DNA of 64,000 nt from Candidatus Moraniibacteriota bacterium (GTDB lineage: Bacteria; Patescibacteriota; Minisyncoccia; Moranbacterales; UBA1568). The position numbers and the translations under genes are program-made. The DNA is taken from positions 3,686 to 67,685 of the forward strand of contig JBATNG010000034.1 in assembly GCA_049290235.1 (NCBI GenBank). The letters run 5' to 3'. The notes under the pieces were generated by a model that saw nothing but the letters and a program-made list of their open reading frames with translations, ran no database searches and was not told the origin of the DNA. Shown here in pieces: positions 1 to 8,981 of the stretch (within the stretch, counting starts at the first letter, position 1; the number at the start of each line of letters is the position of its first letter).

Positions 1-2
1 AG

Positions 3-1217
3 GTGAATGTCCGTCTCCGCGAGTTCCTCCAGTCGAAGGAGTTCCGCGAACGGCACTCGAACCTGACCATCATCCTCGGTCAGGATGTCTCGGGGCGTCT
101 GGTGTATGCGGACCTCGGTCGGATGCCACATCTCCTCATCGCTGGGACGACTCGCTCGGGGAAAAGTGTCTGTATCAATACCCTCATCCTCTCGCTCCTT
201 TATCAGAACTCACCCGAAGATCTGAAACTCATCTTCGTCGATCCGAAACGGGTCGAGCTGTCGCTCTACAAGGGTATCCCGCATCTGAAGACCGATGTCA
301 TCGTCGATAATCACAAAGTCGTGAATGCGCTGAAGTGGGCGGTCGGTGAGATGGAGCGGCGCTACAAAGCGCTCGAGGCCGTCGGGTCGAGGGATATTTC
401 CTCGTATCGTGAAAAGCTGGCCCGCGGTGAGAAGAAGCGGGTCGTCGATACTGAGTCGAGCGAGGTCCGCGAAGAGGAACTCGCCCCGATGCCCCAGGTG
501 GTCATCGTCATCGATGAGATGGCGGACCTCATGGTGGCCCACGGCAAGGAAGTTGAATCATCGATCATTCTCCTCGCACAGAAAGGCCGAGCAGCGGGTA
601 TTCACCTGGTGCTCGCAACCCAGCGTCCCGAGGTAAATGTCGTCACGGGTCTCATCAAGGCCAACATGCCGGCGCGGATTTCCTTCAAACTCAAATCCAA
701 TGTCGATTCGCGGACCATCCTCGATACGGGTGGAGCCGAGAAACTTCTGGGCAATGGCGACATGCTCTATTCTTCGGCCGAGACATCGACTCTTCAACGT
801 ATTCAGGGCGTATTTGTTTCGGAGGATGAAGTTGAAAAGGTGGTGCGTTTTCTCGAGCGACAAAAAGTTGAAAAAGGAATGGATGAGATCGGTGAGGATT
901 TCGGCGGGGGAGATGAACACCCGATCGACCTCGACGGTGTCGGTGAAGCGGATGAGGATGAACATGATCCGATCTATCAAGCCGCAAAAAAACTTGTTGT
1001 GGAAACGCAGCGTGCGTCGACGACGTATCTCCAGACATTTCTCAAAATCGGCTATCCGAAAGCGGCGCGGGTCATGCAGACGCTCGAGCAGCGCGGTGTC
1101 GTCGGGCCGGAGGTGAACAAGAAGCGCGAGGTGATCCTGAAAACTCTCGAGGAGGGGAAACAGTATGGTGACGATCCACTGTCGGATCAGGCGGCGCGAG
1201 AAAAGTGGCAACTCTAG
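3..1217 (+). CDS. ftsK: DNA translocase FtsK/SpoIIIE, C-terminal motor and gamma (winged-helix) domains; 5' end truncated by the window
   Basis: Walker A 'GTTRSGKS', the 'VVIVIDEMADL' DEAD-like box and a C-terminal gamma-domain-like segment 'TYLQTFLKIGYPKAARVMQTLEQRGVV'. The ORF runs off the 5' edge. Confidence 0.85.
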   Translation: MNVRLREFLQSKEFRERHSNLTIILGQDVSGRLVYADLGRMPHLLIAGTTRSGKSVCINTLILSLLYQNSPEDLKLIFVDPKRVELSLYKGIPHLKTDVIVDNHKVVNALKWAVGEMERRYKALEAVGSRDISSYREKLARGEKKRVVDTESSEVREEELAPMPQVVIVIDEMADLMVAHGKEVESSIILLAQKGRAAGIHLVLATQRPEVNVVTGLIKANMPARISFKLKSNVDSRTILDTGGAEKLLGNGDMLYSSAETSTLQRIQGVFVSEDEVEKVVRFLERQKVEKGMDEIGEDFGGGDEHPIDLDGVGEADEDEHDPIYQAAKKLVVETQRASTTYLQTFLKIGYPKAARVMQTLEQRGVVGPEVNKKREVILKTLEEGKQYGDDPLSDQAAREKWQL

Positions 1218-1323
1218 TGAAGCTCGGAAAGCATGAGTCTCAAACCACGACGAGGATATTGTCGGTTTGATTTTTTCTCCGTAATACCGTATTCTTGATT
1301 CTCTCTTCTAGGTTCACATCGTT

Positions 1324-2304
1324 ATGACTGATGGATTTGTTCGCAAGAAAGTCGAATCGCTGACTCTCGGGGAAAAACTGAAAAAACTCCGGCAACAGTA
1401 CCGCATGAGTTATGCTGAGATCGCCAAGGCGACTCGGATTCAGGCCAAATATCTGGAATACCTCGAGAACGGGGAATATGAAAAGTTGCCGGCGGAAGTC
1501 TATGTCAAGGGGTTTTTGAAGAGCTATGCGCGGCACCTTGGTCTCGAGGATGAGGCGTTTCTGAAGCTGTACGAGAAGGAGAAGCATATCCGGGAGAATC
1601 TCGGCCAGGAAGCGGTCGCGTCGACAGCGGTCCGATACCCGGCGATGAACGTATGGATTATCACGCCGCGGACGGTTTTCATCATACTCCTTACGCTGGT
1701 CTTGGGTGGGACGTTCACGTATCTCTTTGCTGAGTTCCGGAGTTTTGTCGCTGAGCCGCGTCTCCTCATCACAGAGCCGCTCTCGGGGGCGACACTCCCG
1801 GGGTCCGCGATCACTTTGCGGGGACAGACTGATCCAGGGACGGTCGTGACAGCGAACGGCGAGCCGGTTTTTGTCACGGATACGGGCGAGTTCAGCGAAG
1901 AGATCACACTTCAACAGGGCATGAATCGTATCGTCGTCCGGGCAACCAACCGTTTCGAAAAAATGAAAGAAGCGACGGTCACGATCGAGAGCCGTCCCGA
2001 GAACAGTCCCTCTACACCGACCACCGAGCCTCCTTCGTCAGGCTTTACGTTCACCGTCCGAGCCGTCGGGGAAGCGGTAGATGTCACACTTGCGAGCGGC
2101 GAAACGGTGTTGTATAGTGGCACTCTGCTCCCCGGGAAAGAGCAGCGGTTTGCTGGCCTCATTGATCCAGTGCGACTGTCGACCGACGATGCGTCGCACA
2201 CGGAGACAAGTTTCGATGATGGTCCAGCTGAGCTGGTTGGGAAAGAAGCCGTCCCTGTCAGTGGGAAGATATATACAAAGGATGCGGTCAGTGCTAATCC
2301 ATAA
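1324..2304 (+). CDS. XRE-type HTH membrane protein, RodZ-like
   Basis: N-terminal HTH 'LTLGEKLKKLRQQYRMSYAEIAKATRIQAKYLEYLENGEYEKLP' followed by one TM helix and a Pro/Thr-rich extracytoplasmic tail. This is the RodZ architecture. Confidence 0.55.
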   Translation: MTDGFVRKKVESLTLGEKLKKLRQQYRMSYAEIAKATRIQAKYLEYLENGEYEKLPAEVYVKGFLKSYARHLGLEDEAFLKLYEKEKHIRENLGQEAVASTAVRYPAMNVWIITPRTVFIILLTLVLGGTFTYLFAEFRSFVAEPRLLITEPLSGATLPGSAITLRGQTDPGTVVTANGEPVFVTDTGEFSEEITLQQGMNRIVVRATNRFEKMKEATVTIESRPENSPSTPTTEPPSSGFTFTVRAVGEAVDVTLASGETVLYSGTLLPGKEQRFAGLIDPVRLSTDDASHTETSFDDGPAELVGKEAVPVSGKIYTKDAVSANP

Positions 2305-2316
2305 ATCCACATGTGT

Positions 2317-3339
2317 ATGGCCAAGGAAAAAGCAGTCAGTAATGGGAGGAAGAGTGTCGACGCGGTTGTCGACGAGATCAAGGGGAAGTTTGGTGAGGGG
2401 ATGATCATGAAACTCGGCGATGTCCGGAAGGTGGATGTCGAGGCGATTCCGACGGGATCGCTGTCGCTCGACATCGCGCTCGGTATCGGCGGTGTCCCGC
2501 GCGGTCGGATCGTCGAAGTCTATGGTCCGGAGTCATCTGGCAAGACGACACTGACACTTCACACCATCGCCAATGCTCAGAAGGCCGGTGGGGTCGCCGC
2601 GTTCATCGATGCCGAACACGCCCTTGATCCTGAGTATGCCAAGCGTATCGGCGTGAATGTGAACGAACTCCTCATCTCGCAGCCGGACTCGGGTGAACAG
2701 GCGCTCGATATCGTCGAGACACTGGTCCGCTCAAACGCGGTGGATATCATCGTCATCGACTCGGTGGCGGCACTTGTGCCGCGGGCAGAGATCGAAGGTG
2801 AGATGGGCGATCAGCATGTCGGCCGGCAGGCGCGACTCATGAGTCAGGCCCTCCGGAAATTGACGGCGATCATCTCTCGGTCGAACGTCGTCGTGGTTTT
2901 CATCAATCAGCTGCGCATGAAGATCGGCGTCATGTTTGGTAATCCCGAGACGACGACGGGTGGCAATGCGTTGAAGTTCTACTCCTCGGTCCGGATTGAG
3001 GTGCGCAAAAGCGCTCAGGTGAAAAAGGGTGAAGAAGTCGTCGGCAACCAAGTCAATGTGAAGGTCGTGAAAAACAAGGTTGCCCCACCATTTCGAACGA
3101 CATCGTTCTTCATCATGTACAACGAAGGCATTTCCTGGAGCGACGATGTCCTCGATACCGGCGTGAAGTATGAAGTCATCAAGAAACAGGGGAACACCCA
3201 TTCGTTCGGCGAGGTGAAGCTCGGCGTCGGGCGCGAACAGACGCGGGCCTTCCTCAAGGAGAATCCAAAGGTGGGGAAAGAGATCGAGAAGGCCATCTGG
3301 AAGCGGGTGAAAGAGCTCGAACTGGAGGCATCGAAGTAG
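2317..3339 (+). CDS. recA: Recombinase RecA
   Basis: '[20 protein letters not shown]', '[12 protein letters not shown]' and 'IVIDSVAAL' are unmistakable RecA motifs. Start taken at the second ATG (MAKEK...). Confidence 0.95.
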   Translation: MAKEKAVSNGRKSVDAVVDEIKGKFGEGMIMKLGDVRKVDVEAIPTGSLSLDIALGIGGVPRGRIVEVYGPESSGKTTLTLHTIANAQKAGGVAAFIDAEHALDPEYAKRIGVNVNELLISQPDSGEQALDIVETLVRSNAVDIIVIDSVAALVPRAEIEGEMGDQHVGRQARLMSQALRKLTAIISRSNVVVVFINQLRMKIGVMFGNPETTTGGNALKFYSSVRIEVRKSAQVKKGEEVVGNQVNVKVVKNKVAPPFRTTSFFIMYNEGISWSDDVLDTGVKYEVIKKQGNTHSFGEVKLGVGREQTRAFLKENPKVGKEIEKAIWKRVKELELEASK

Positions 3340-3351
3340 GAAAATGACAAA

Positions 3352-3376
3352 AGAGGCTCTCCTGGGCCTCTTTTTG
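3352..3376 (+). terminator. Rho-independent terminator after recA
   Basis: Hairpin agaggc-tctcctgg-gcctct followed by TTTTT. Confidence 0.5.
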
Positions 3377-3391
3377 TATGCGGTATAATGA
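3377..3391 (+). promoter_or_regulatory. Extended -10-like element TGCGGTATAATGAG, copy 1; copy 2 at 20687-20703 upstream of ftsA
   Basis: The same 14-15-mer containing TATAAT occurs at 3377-3391 and 20687-20703, each just upstream of a gene start. Confidence 0.3.
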
Positions 3392-3395
3392 GAAT

Positions 3396-4676
3396 ATGCG
3401 TATCAAAACAAACAAGCATCGCTTGATTCCTTTTTTTGTCTCCCTGCTTTCGATCTGGGGGGTTGTCTGGAGCGTGCCGCTGGTTTCAGCTCAAGATGAT
3501 CCGGACGAGATCAAAGATGATATCTCGGATGTTGAAAAGAAACTCAAAGCGGCTGAAGCCAAGAAGAAGGCGTTGGAATCTGAGTTGGCAGGGATCAATG
3601 CCTCATTGTCTTCCACTCAGCGGGCTATCGCTGAGGCCCAGATCAAGATCCAGCAGGCAGCCAATACTATCGAGCGCAAGGAAGCGGAGGTTGCTCTACT
3701 GGAAAGGCAGATCGAAGGGAAAAAGGAAATCATCACCGGACTCATGCGGGAGTTGTACTATCAGGGGGAGTGGCCATTGCCGCGCGTTTTGGTCGCCGAG
3801 GAGCGGTTCACCGACGTGGTCAATGACCCGGACAAGCTTCTGACCGTCGGGGAGAAGATCTCGACGGCGCTCGATTCGCTCTCTTTGACCAAGGCAGATA
3901 CCGAGTCAGAGAAGCTCTCGCTCGAGGATGCGAAGAAGGACCATGAGACGCTGCTTCAACAGAAGGCTGTCGAAAAGATCGCCCTCGTCTCTGATCAGCA
4001 AGAGACGCTCGGAGATGTCGAAGATGTCGCCAAGACAGTGTCCCGATTGAGTAAAGAACTGAACGAATTGCAGAGCGACTTGAACGCGCTCACCGGTGGG
4101 TCGTATGATGCAGGGGACATCAAGGAAGCCGTCACGTACGCCAGCGGAAAGACGGGTGTGCCGAAGGGTTTCCTCATGGGTATGCTGAAGATGGAGACCA
4201 ACCTCGGCAAAAACGTCGGCGGTTGCACCTATGCCGAAGTAGAGAAGGGTGCAGAGTCACGCTACAAGTCGGGCAAACTTTCCAAGGCTTCCTGGGCGAC
4301 GTTTCAGCGTCGACGCGAAGTCTTCAAGTCGATCACGAAGGAACTCGGTTACGATTACAAAAAGAAAAAAGTTTCCTGTAATCCGAGTGGCTACACGGGG
4401 ACCGGCGGTGCGATGGGTGTGGCGCAGTTCATGCCGGACACCTGGATGGGGTACAAGTCGCAGGTCGCTTCAAAGACTGGCCACAATCCGCCGGATCCGT
4501 GGAACCTGACCGACGGTGTGATGGCGATGGCCACCAAACTGTCCAAGACACCGGGTGTCACGAGCGGGAGTCGGAGCGCCTGGAAGAAAGCGGCGGCCTC
4601 ATATCTCGGCACGAGCTATGCCCCCTATATCAACGGTGTCCTCTACTGGGCGGACAACTACAAGAAGCTTTTCTAA
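3396..4676 (+). CDS. Secreted coiled-coil protein with a C-terminal lytic-transglycosylase-like domain
   Basis: N-terminal signal/TM 'LIPFFVSLLSIWGVVWSVPLVSA', a long Lys/Glu coiled coil, and a C-terminal 'GAMGVAQFMPDTW' matching the G-x-MQFMP-TW motif of SLT/MltB-type murein transglycosylases. Confidence 0.5.
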   Translation: MRIKTNKHRLIPFFVSLLSIWGVVWSVPLVSAQDDPDEIKDDISDVEKKLKAAEAKKKALESELAGINASLSSTQRAIAEAQIKIQQAANTIERKEAEVALLERQIEGKKEIITGLMRELYYQGEWPLPRVLVAEERFTDVVNDPDKLLTVGEKISTALDSLSLTKADTESEKLSLEDAKKDHETLLQQKAVEKIALVSDQQETLGDVEDVAKTVSRLSKELNELQSDLNALTGGSYDAGDIKEAVTYASGKTGVPKGFLMGMLKMETNLGKNVGGCTYAEVEKGAESRYKSGKLSKASWATFQRRREVFKSITKELGYDYKKKKVSCNPSGYTGTGGAMGVAQFMPDTWMGYKSQVASKTGHNPPDPWNLTDGVMAMATKLSKTPGVTSGSRSAWKKAAASYLGTSYAPYINGVLYWADNYKKLF

Positions 4677-4725
4677 CTTGAGACGAGTAGTTTTTTACGC
4701 CGGATAAAAATTATACCCAAGTACT

Positions 4726-5760
4726 ATGCAGCAGCTCGGTCAGATTGGAGAAAACGCAGGCCATCTCCTCACTCGAGGCGTTCGGTCTACTTTGATTATC
4801 GTCTTGCTTCTTGCGTTACCGGTGATCACCCACGCCGCCACGTGGTATCTGAACGAAAACGAATCTGGTACCGTCGGCAGTAGTCTGGGCGCTGGAAACA
4901 CGTCGGCTGGCCCGTATTTTTTCGAGTATTGGTGCCCTGGTCCGGTGACATGCGGTGGTGAAACTGCTACGTATCAGTCTGCAGGTGGGCGTCCGAGTGG
5001 AGGAAAGTTCGTGCAGTTTCACAACTACAACTTGCAGCACGACTATAACTACCAGGCGTACAATGGGTCAGCATTGTATGGGAGTTCAACATTCTCGGCC
5101 GGGAGTCCAGCGTCGCTGGCCAACGGTAGCACGGTCTATTGGGGAGCGTTCATTCGCTATCGGCGTGTCGGTAGCATCGATGTGTTTCACGATACGGGTG
5201 AACCGGATAGTTATTCCAAAATGTTAGAGATCGATGGTGACAACCTCCGTCATATGATCTTGTCAGGCTATGCGAACAGTCCGGGTAATGGACAAAACCA
5301 TAAGTTCACGTATCAGAACTACGTGAGCCCAACCTATTGCCCCAGTTGTGGCCCATCACCGGGTGTGTTCTGGCCGGCCGAAATGCGTCAGAATGTCGCG
5401 CCGTACACATACCCCAATCTGTACATGGTGGATTACGACAAGTGGTATGCGGTCGTCGCGAGAGTGACATTGGATAACGGATATAATGGCCGATTGCAGC
5501 TCTGGATCAATGGTACACTCGTCTCAGACTATACTGGACGCACGCTTGAGAATGCCGGCGGTGCAACACTGTCGAGGATCAATGGAAACGGCACGGTCGC
5601 TCAGCCGGCGTACGACGCGCCAGAGCACTACTATGACATCGATGGTATCTTTGCCACTGATAGCCTGACATTTTTGCAAAACAACGGATACTTTGCTGAT
5701 CCGGAAGGGAGTGCCGACACTACCCCACCCGCTGCGCCGGCGAGCCTTGCTGTAGAGTAA
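4726..5760 (+). CDS. Secreted hypothetical protein, possibly lectin/glycoside-lyase-like fold
   Basis: N-terminal signal anchor 'TLIIVLLLALPVITHAATW' and a Gly/Asn/Tyr/Trp-rich beta-rich composition. No confident family assignment. Confidence 0.4.
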   Translation: MQQLGQIGENAGHLLTRGVRSTLIIVLLLALPVITHAATWYLNENESGTVGSSLGAGNTSAGPYFFEYWCPGPVTCGGETATYQSAGGRPSGGKFVQFHNYNLQHDYNYQAYNGSALYGSSTFSAGSPASLANGSTVYWGAFIRYRRVGSIDVFHDTGEPDSYSKMLEIDGDNLRHMILSGYANSPGNGQNHKFTYQNYVSPTYCPSCGPSPGVFWPAEMRQNVAPYTYPNLYMVDYDKWYAVVARVTLDNGYNGRLQLWINGTLVSDYTGRTLENAGGATLSRINGNGTVAQPAYDAPEHYYDIDGIFATDSLTFLQNNGYFADPEGSADTTPPAAPASLAVE

Positions 5761-6030
5761 TCGAAGGCGGGCGGGCTTGGGCGTAAACTGAGGTTGTGGT
5801 CTCGGTACCACACTCGGTGCCGCTTCTGCAGAGATGATGTCCTGAGACAGCACTTTTTCTGAAGCTACTGGACGAAATTGATGTGATGGCTTGCCACAGT
5901 CGCTACTCGAGAGACGTGGCTTGCCAAGGGACAGATACTCTGATACCATCAGGCAACAACTGAGAAAGTCCGACAGATTCCCGCTCTGAGCCAGTCGAAG
6001 AGATAGGAGTCCGCCCGTCCCGCTGACTTT

Positions 6031-6052
6031 CCCGATTGTTCTCGGGTTTTTA
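6031..6052 (+). terminator. Rho-independent terminator ending a 290-nt non-coding stretch upstream of rpsF
   Basis: cccga-ttgttc-tcggg followed by TTTTT. Confidence 0.45.
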
Positions 6053-6086
6053 TTTACTTTAGTAACCATTTATTAGCTGATTCAGT

Positions 6087-6617
6087 ATGCGTGAGTACGA
6101 ATTATTTTATTTGATCGGAGAGGGGAAAGAGCCGATGCTCGATTCTATCCGGGCCGAAGTCGAAGGAATCTGTCGTGAAGAGGGAGCGGAATTCCTCGCG
6201 CCTGAGACTCAGGATAAGCGCAAGCTCGCGTATGAAGTCGAAGGGGAGACGCGCGGTATCTATATCGCTCGTCGGTTTACTTTGCCCGACAAGAGCGAAC
6301 TTTCTGCCAAGGAATTTGATGCCGAGATGGCCAAGGGGGATGCTATCACTCGGCTCCATCGAAAGTTCTCGCTGTCGAAGACGGTGCTCCGCGTGCTCAT
6401 CCTCCGGGCGGACACGTTGCCCGAGCTGAAACCGATCGAGCGCACCGAGTATACTAAGAAAGACCCGCGGGCTCGTGGCGCTTTCCGACGCGAACGACCG
6501 ATGGGCGAACCGCGAGGCGGCGCGACTCCGGCCATGCCAGCCACCCCGGCTGCCCCAGTCAAAGAGGCGAGCAAGGAAGAGATCGACGCTCAACTGAAAG
6601 CAAAGCTCGATATCTAA
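6087..6617 (+). CDS. rpsF: 30S ribosomal protein S6 with a C-terminal extension
   Basis: 'MREYELFYLIGEGKEP...KLAYEVEGETRGIYI' is an S6-like N-terminus and the gene has the rpsF-ssb-rpsR context. The tail is basic/Pro-rich. Confidence 0.8.
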   Translation: MREYELFYLIGEGKEPMLDSIRAEVEGICREEGAEFLAPETQDKRKLAYEVEGETRGIYIARRFTLPDKSELSAKEFDAEMAKGDAITRLHRKFSLSKTVLRVLILRADTLPELKPIERTEYTKKDPRARGAFRRERPMGEPRGGATPAMPATPAAPVKEASKEEIDAQLKAKLDI

Positions 6618-6661
6618 TTTTGGTCTTTACGTGCAGAGCGTAATTCTTAAGACACAGAGCT

Positions 6662-7138
6662 ATGAATGTGAACAAAGTCATCCTCGTCGGTCGACTCACC
6701 CGCGATCCGGAGATCCGGACGACACCGACTGGACAGAGTGTCGCGACCATCGGTATGGCGACGAATAATTTCTGGACCGACAAGAGTGGCCAGAAGCAGG
6801 AGAAGACCGAATTTCACACGGTCATCCTCTGGGGGCGGCAGGCGGAGATCGCCGGGCAGTACCTCACCAAGGGCCAGGAACTCTTCGTCGAGGGTCGGCT
6901 CCAGACGCGTGAGTACACCGCCAAGGACGGCAGTCAGCGCCGGACAACTGAAGTCGTCGGTGAGAACATGCAGCTTGGCTCGCGGGCGCAAGGTACGTCG
7001 GCGGGTGGCAGCCCTCGGGCGCAATCAAGTACCCCGGCGGCAGCGTCCAAGAATGCTGCACCGGTCAATGAAGAGGAGATCCCAACCATCAATCTCGATG
7101 ATGAAAAGGAAATCAAGATCGAAGACGTCCCGTTCTAA
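6662..7138 (+). CDS. ssb: Single-stranded DNA-binding protein
   Basis: OB-fold 'KVILVGRLTRDPEIRTTPTGQSVATIGMATN...HTVILWGRQAE' and an acidic C-terminal tail ending in DVPF. Confidence 0.9.
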   Translation: MNVNKVILVGRLTRDPEIRTTPTGQSVATIGMATNNFWTDKSGQKQEKTEFHTVILWGRQAEIAGQYLTKGQELFVEGRLQTREYTAKDGSQRRTTEVVGENMQLGSRAQGTSAGGSPRAQSSTPAAASKNAAPVNEEEIPTINLDDEKEIKIEDVPF

Positions 7139-7243
7139 ATGAACTGGCCACGAGCAACCTGTAACCAACAACAAGCACAGAATATCCTGTTTCCTCAGAA
7201 AGACGAAGAAGCTACCAGCTAAATCTCTACCAGCTAAATCTCT

Positions 7244-7444
7244 ATGACCCTCGACCAAGACTCGCGGAAGAAACTCGGCCGCATCGACTACAAGGACGCG
7301 TATTTCCTCCGCCGTTTCCTCAATTCCCAAGGAAAGATCTATCCGCCGAAGCGGTTTGGCCTGACTTCGACTGAGCAGCGCAATCTGGCGCTCGCGATCA
7401 AGCGCGCCCGGTTCATGGCACTTATCCCCTACGTGGTGAAATAA
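7244..7444 (+). CDS. rpsR: 30S ribosomal protein S18
   Basis: 'IDYKDAYFLRRFLNSQGKIYPPKRFGLTSTEQRNLALAIKRARFMALIPY'. Confidence 0.9.
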   Translation: MTLDQDSRKKLGRIDYKDAYFLRRFLNSQGKIYPPKRFGLTSTEQRNLALAIKRARFMALIPYVVK

Positions 7445-7489
7445 TCAACCAACGACCAACGGCTGACAACCTACAATCAATACTTTTGT

Positions 7490-7849
7490 ATGGAACAGTT
7501 TCGGTTTTTGGATTGGCCGGTGTATCGATCCGCCCAAGAACTTTTTACTCTCGTTCTGGGATTGGTTCAGGCGCTGCCAAAAGAGTACCGGTATGACTTG
7601 GGGAGTCAACTGGTGCGCTCATCATTCTCGGTAGTGCTCAATATCGCCGAAGGAAGTGGTAAGTCGTCAGACAAAGAGATGAATCGTTTCTTGGAGATTT
7701 CCCTTGGCTCACTCTATGAGACACTTGCAGCAGCGGAGACTCTTCAGGGGATGAAGCTCGTCAGTAGAGAAGAGTTCGTTCTCGTGCATGAGAGAGCCAG
7801 CGGGATCGCAAAACAAATTGGTGGTTTCAAAAAGAAACTAGATTCATAA
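7490..7849 (+). CDS. Four-helix-bundle protein (23S rRNA intervening-sequence protein / Avd-like family)
   Basis: 'SFSVVLNIAEGSGKSS...FLEISLGSLYETL' is a typical PF05635-type motif. Same family as the DGR Avd at 44357-44776. Confidence 0.7.
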   Translation: MEQFRFLDWPVYRSAQELFTLVLGLVQALPKEYRYDLGSQLVRSSFSVVLNIAEGSGKSSDKEMNRFLEISLGSLYETLAAAETLQGMKLVSREEFVLVHERASGIAKQIGGFKKKLDS

Positions 7850-7886
7850 GTCGTCGGTTGTCGGTTGTAGTTAGTAAGTTATTTTT

Positions 7887-8444
7887 ATGCTCAATCTCAC
7901 GGAAATCAAAACCGGCAAGCGCATCCTCTGGAACGAGGAGCCGTATGTTGTCGTGGAATATCAGCATAGCTTCCTCGGTCGCGGCGGGGCGGTGATGCGG
8001 ACGAAACTGAAAAACCTCTTGTCCGGTGCGATTATCGATTACACCTTTCAGGACAAGGACAAGGTAGAGGAAGCCGAGGTCGCCAAGTCGAAGGCGCAGT
8101 ACCTCTATCATACGGGTGACGAGTACTCATTCATGAATATGGAGGACTACGACCAGTTCACGCTCGACAAGAGCGTCCTCGGGCCGCTCGCCGAGTACCT
8201 CATCGATGGGACCGAAGTGACGATGCTGAATTGGAATGGGCGACCGCTCAATATCGAATTGCCGATCAAGATGACCTTCACGGTGTTGGATGCGCCGCCT
8301 GGGATAAAGGGCGATACGGCTTCGGGCGGGGACAAAGTCGTGACTCTCGAGACAGGCATGACACTCACCACCCCACTTTTCATCAAGACGGGAGACCGCG
8401 TCATCGTCAACACGGAAAAGGGGACCTACGTCTCCCGCGCCTGA
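7887..8444 (+). CDS. efp: Elongation factor P
   Basis: 'IKTGKRILWNEEPYVVVEYQHSFLGRGGAVMRTKLKNLLSG', three-domain length. Confidence 0.9.
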   Translation: MLNLTEIKTGKRILWNEEPYVVVEYQHSFLGRGGAVMRTKLKNLLSGAIIDYTFQDKDKVEEAEVAKSKAQYLYHTGDEYSFMNMEDYDQFTLDKSVLGPLAEYLIDGTEVTMLNWNGRPLNIELPIKMTFTVLDAPPGIKGDTASGGDKVVTLETGMTLTTPLFIKTGDRVIVNTEKGTYVSRA

Positions 8445-8588
8445 GCGTAGAAACAGTGGCTCCGAAGGCCTGCTCACCGATCAGAAACGAGCGGCTTTTC
8501 CTTTAGATAAGCCAAGAGCAGTCTTGCCAAGGAGTCAGGAAAACCGTATACTGGAACTAGTGTTTGGGCTGGCAAGTACCTTCCTCTG

Positions 8589-8966
8589 ATGCAACTCCAC
8601 ACCGTAGTCATCATCCTTCGGTTCATTGCGCTCGTGGCCCTCGGCGTCCTCGGCGTTTTCATTTTTGGAGTTGATCCGGTGACACTCACGATCGCAGGAC
8701 AGACGCTCTTTTTCTTCTCGCTGTGGCTCTTGGCTACGGCTATCGTGACACTCGGACTCGTCTCACTCGCTCGTCTCTTCCTCGCTGAACCAGCCGCTCA
8801 GGCGTATCTTGGCGGCGCTTTCCGCCAGGGGGCGCTCATCGGGGTCTATATCGCCGGCATGGCGCTCACCCAATTCCTCGGGTATCTGGTCTGGTGGGTA
8901 GCACTGCTCGCGCTCGCCTTTATCCTCCTCACCGAGTTCACGATCCGACAATTCAATCGCTCATAG
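8589..8966 (+). CDS. Small polytopic membrane protein (about 4 TM), hypothetical
   Basis: Hydrophobic helices throughout; no homolog recognised. Confidence 0.4.
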   Translation: MQLHTVVIILRFIALVALGVLGVFIFGVDPVTLTIAGQTLFFFSLWLLATAIVTLGLVSLARLFLAEPAAQAYLGGAFRQGALIGVYIAGMALTQFLGYLVWWVALLALAFILLTEFTIRQFNRS

Positions 8967-8981
8967 ACTCCCTTTATTCTT

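Noticed and set aside
5955-5980. RNase P RNA (GAGAAAGTCCGACAG resembling the P4 'GGAAAGUCCGG')
   Set aside because: Only one short motif. No matching 3' 'ACAGAACCCGGCUUA'-like partner or P-domain elements, and the region is too short (about 300 nt with the other constraints).
7205-7238. CRISPR-like direct repeats (taccagctaaatctc x2)
   Set aside because: Only two adjacent 15-nt copies with no spacers and no cas genes. Treated as a leader repeat.
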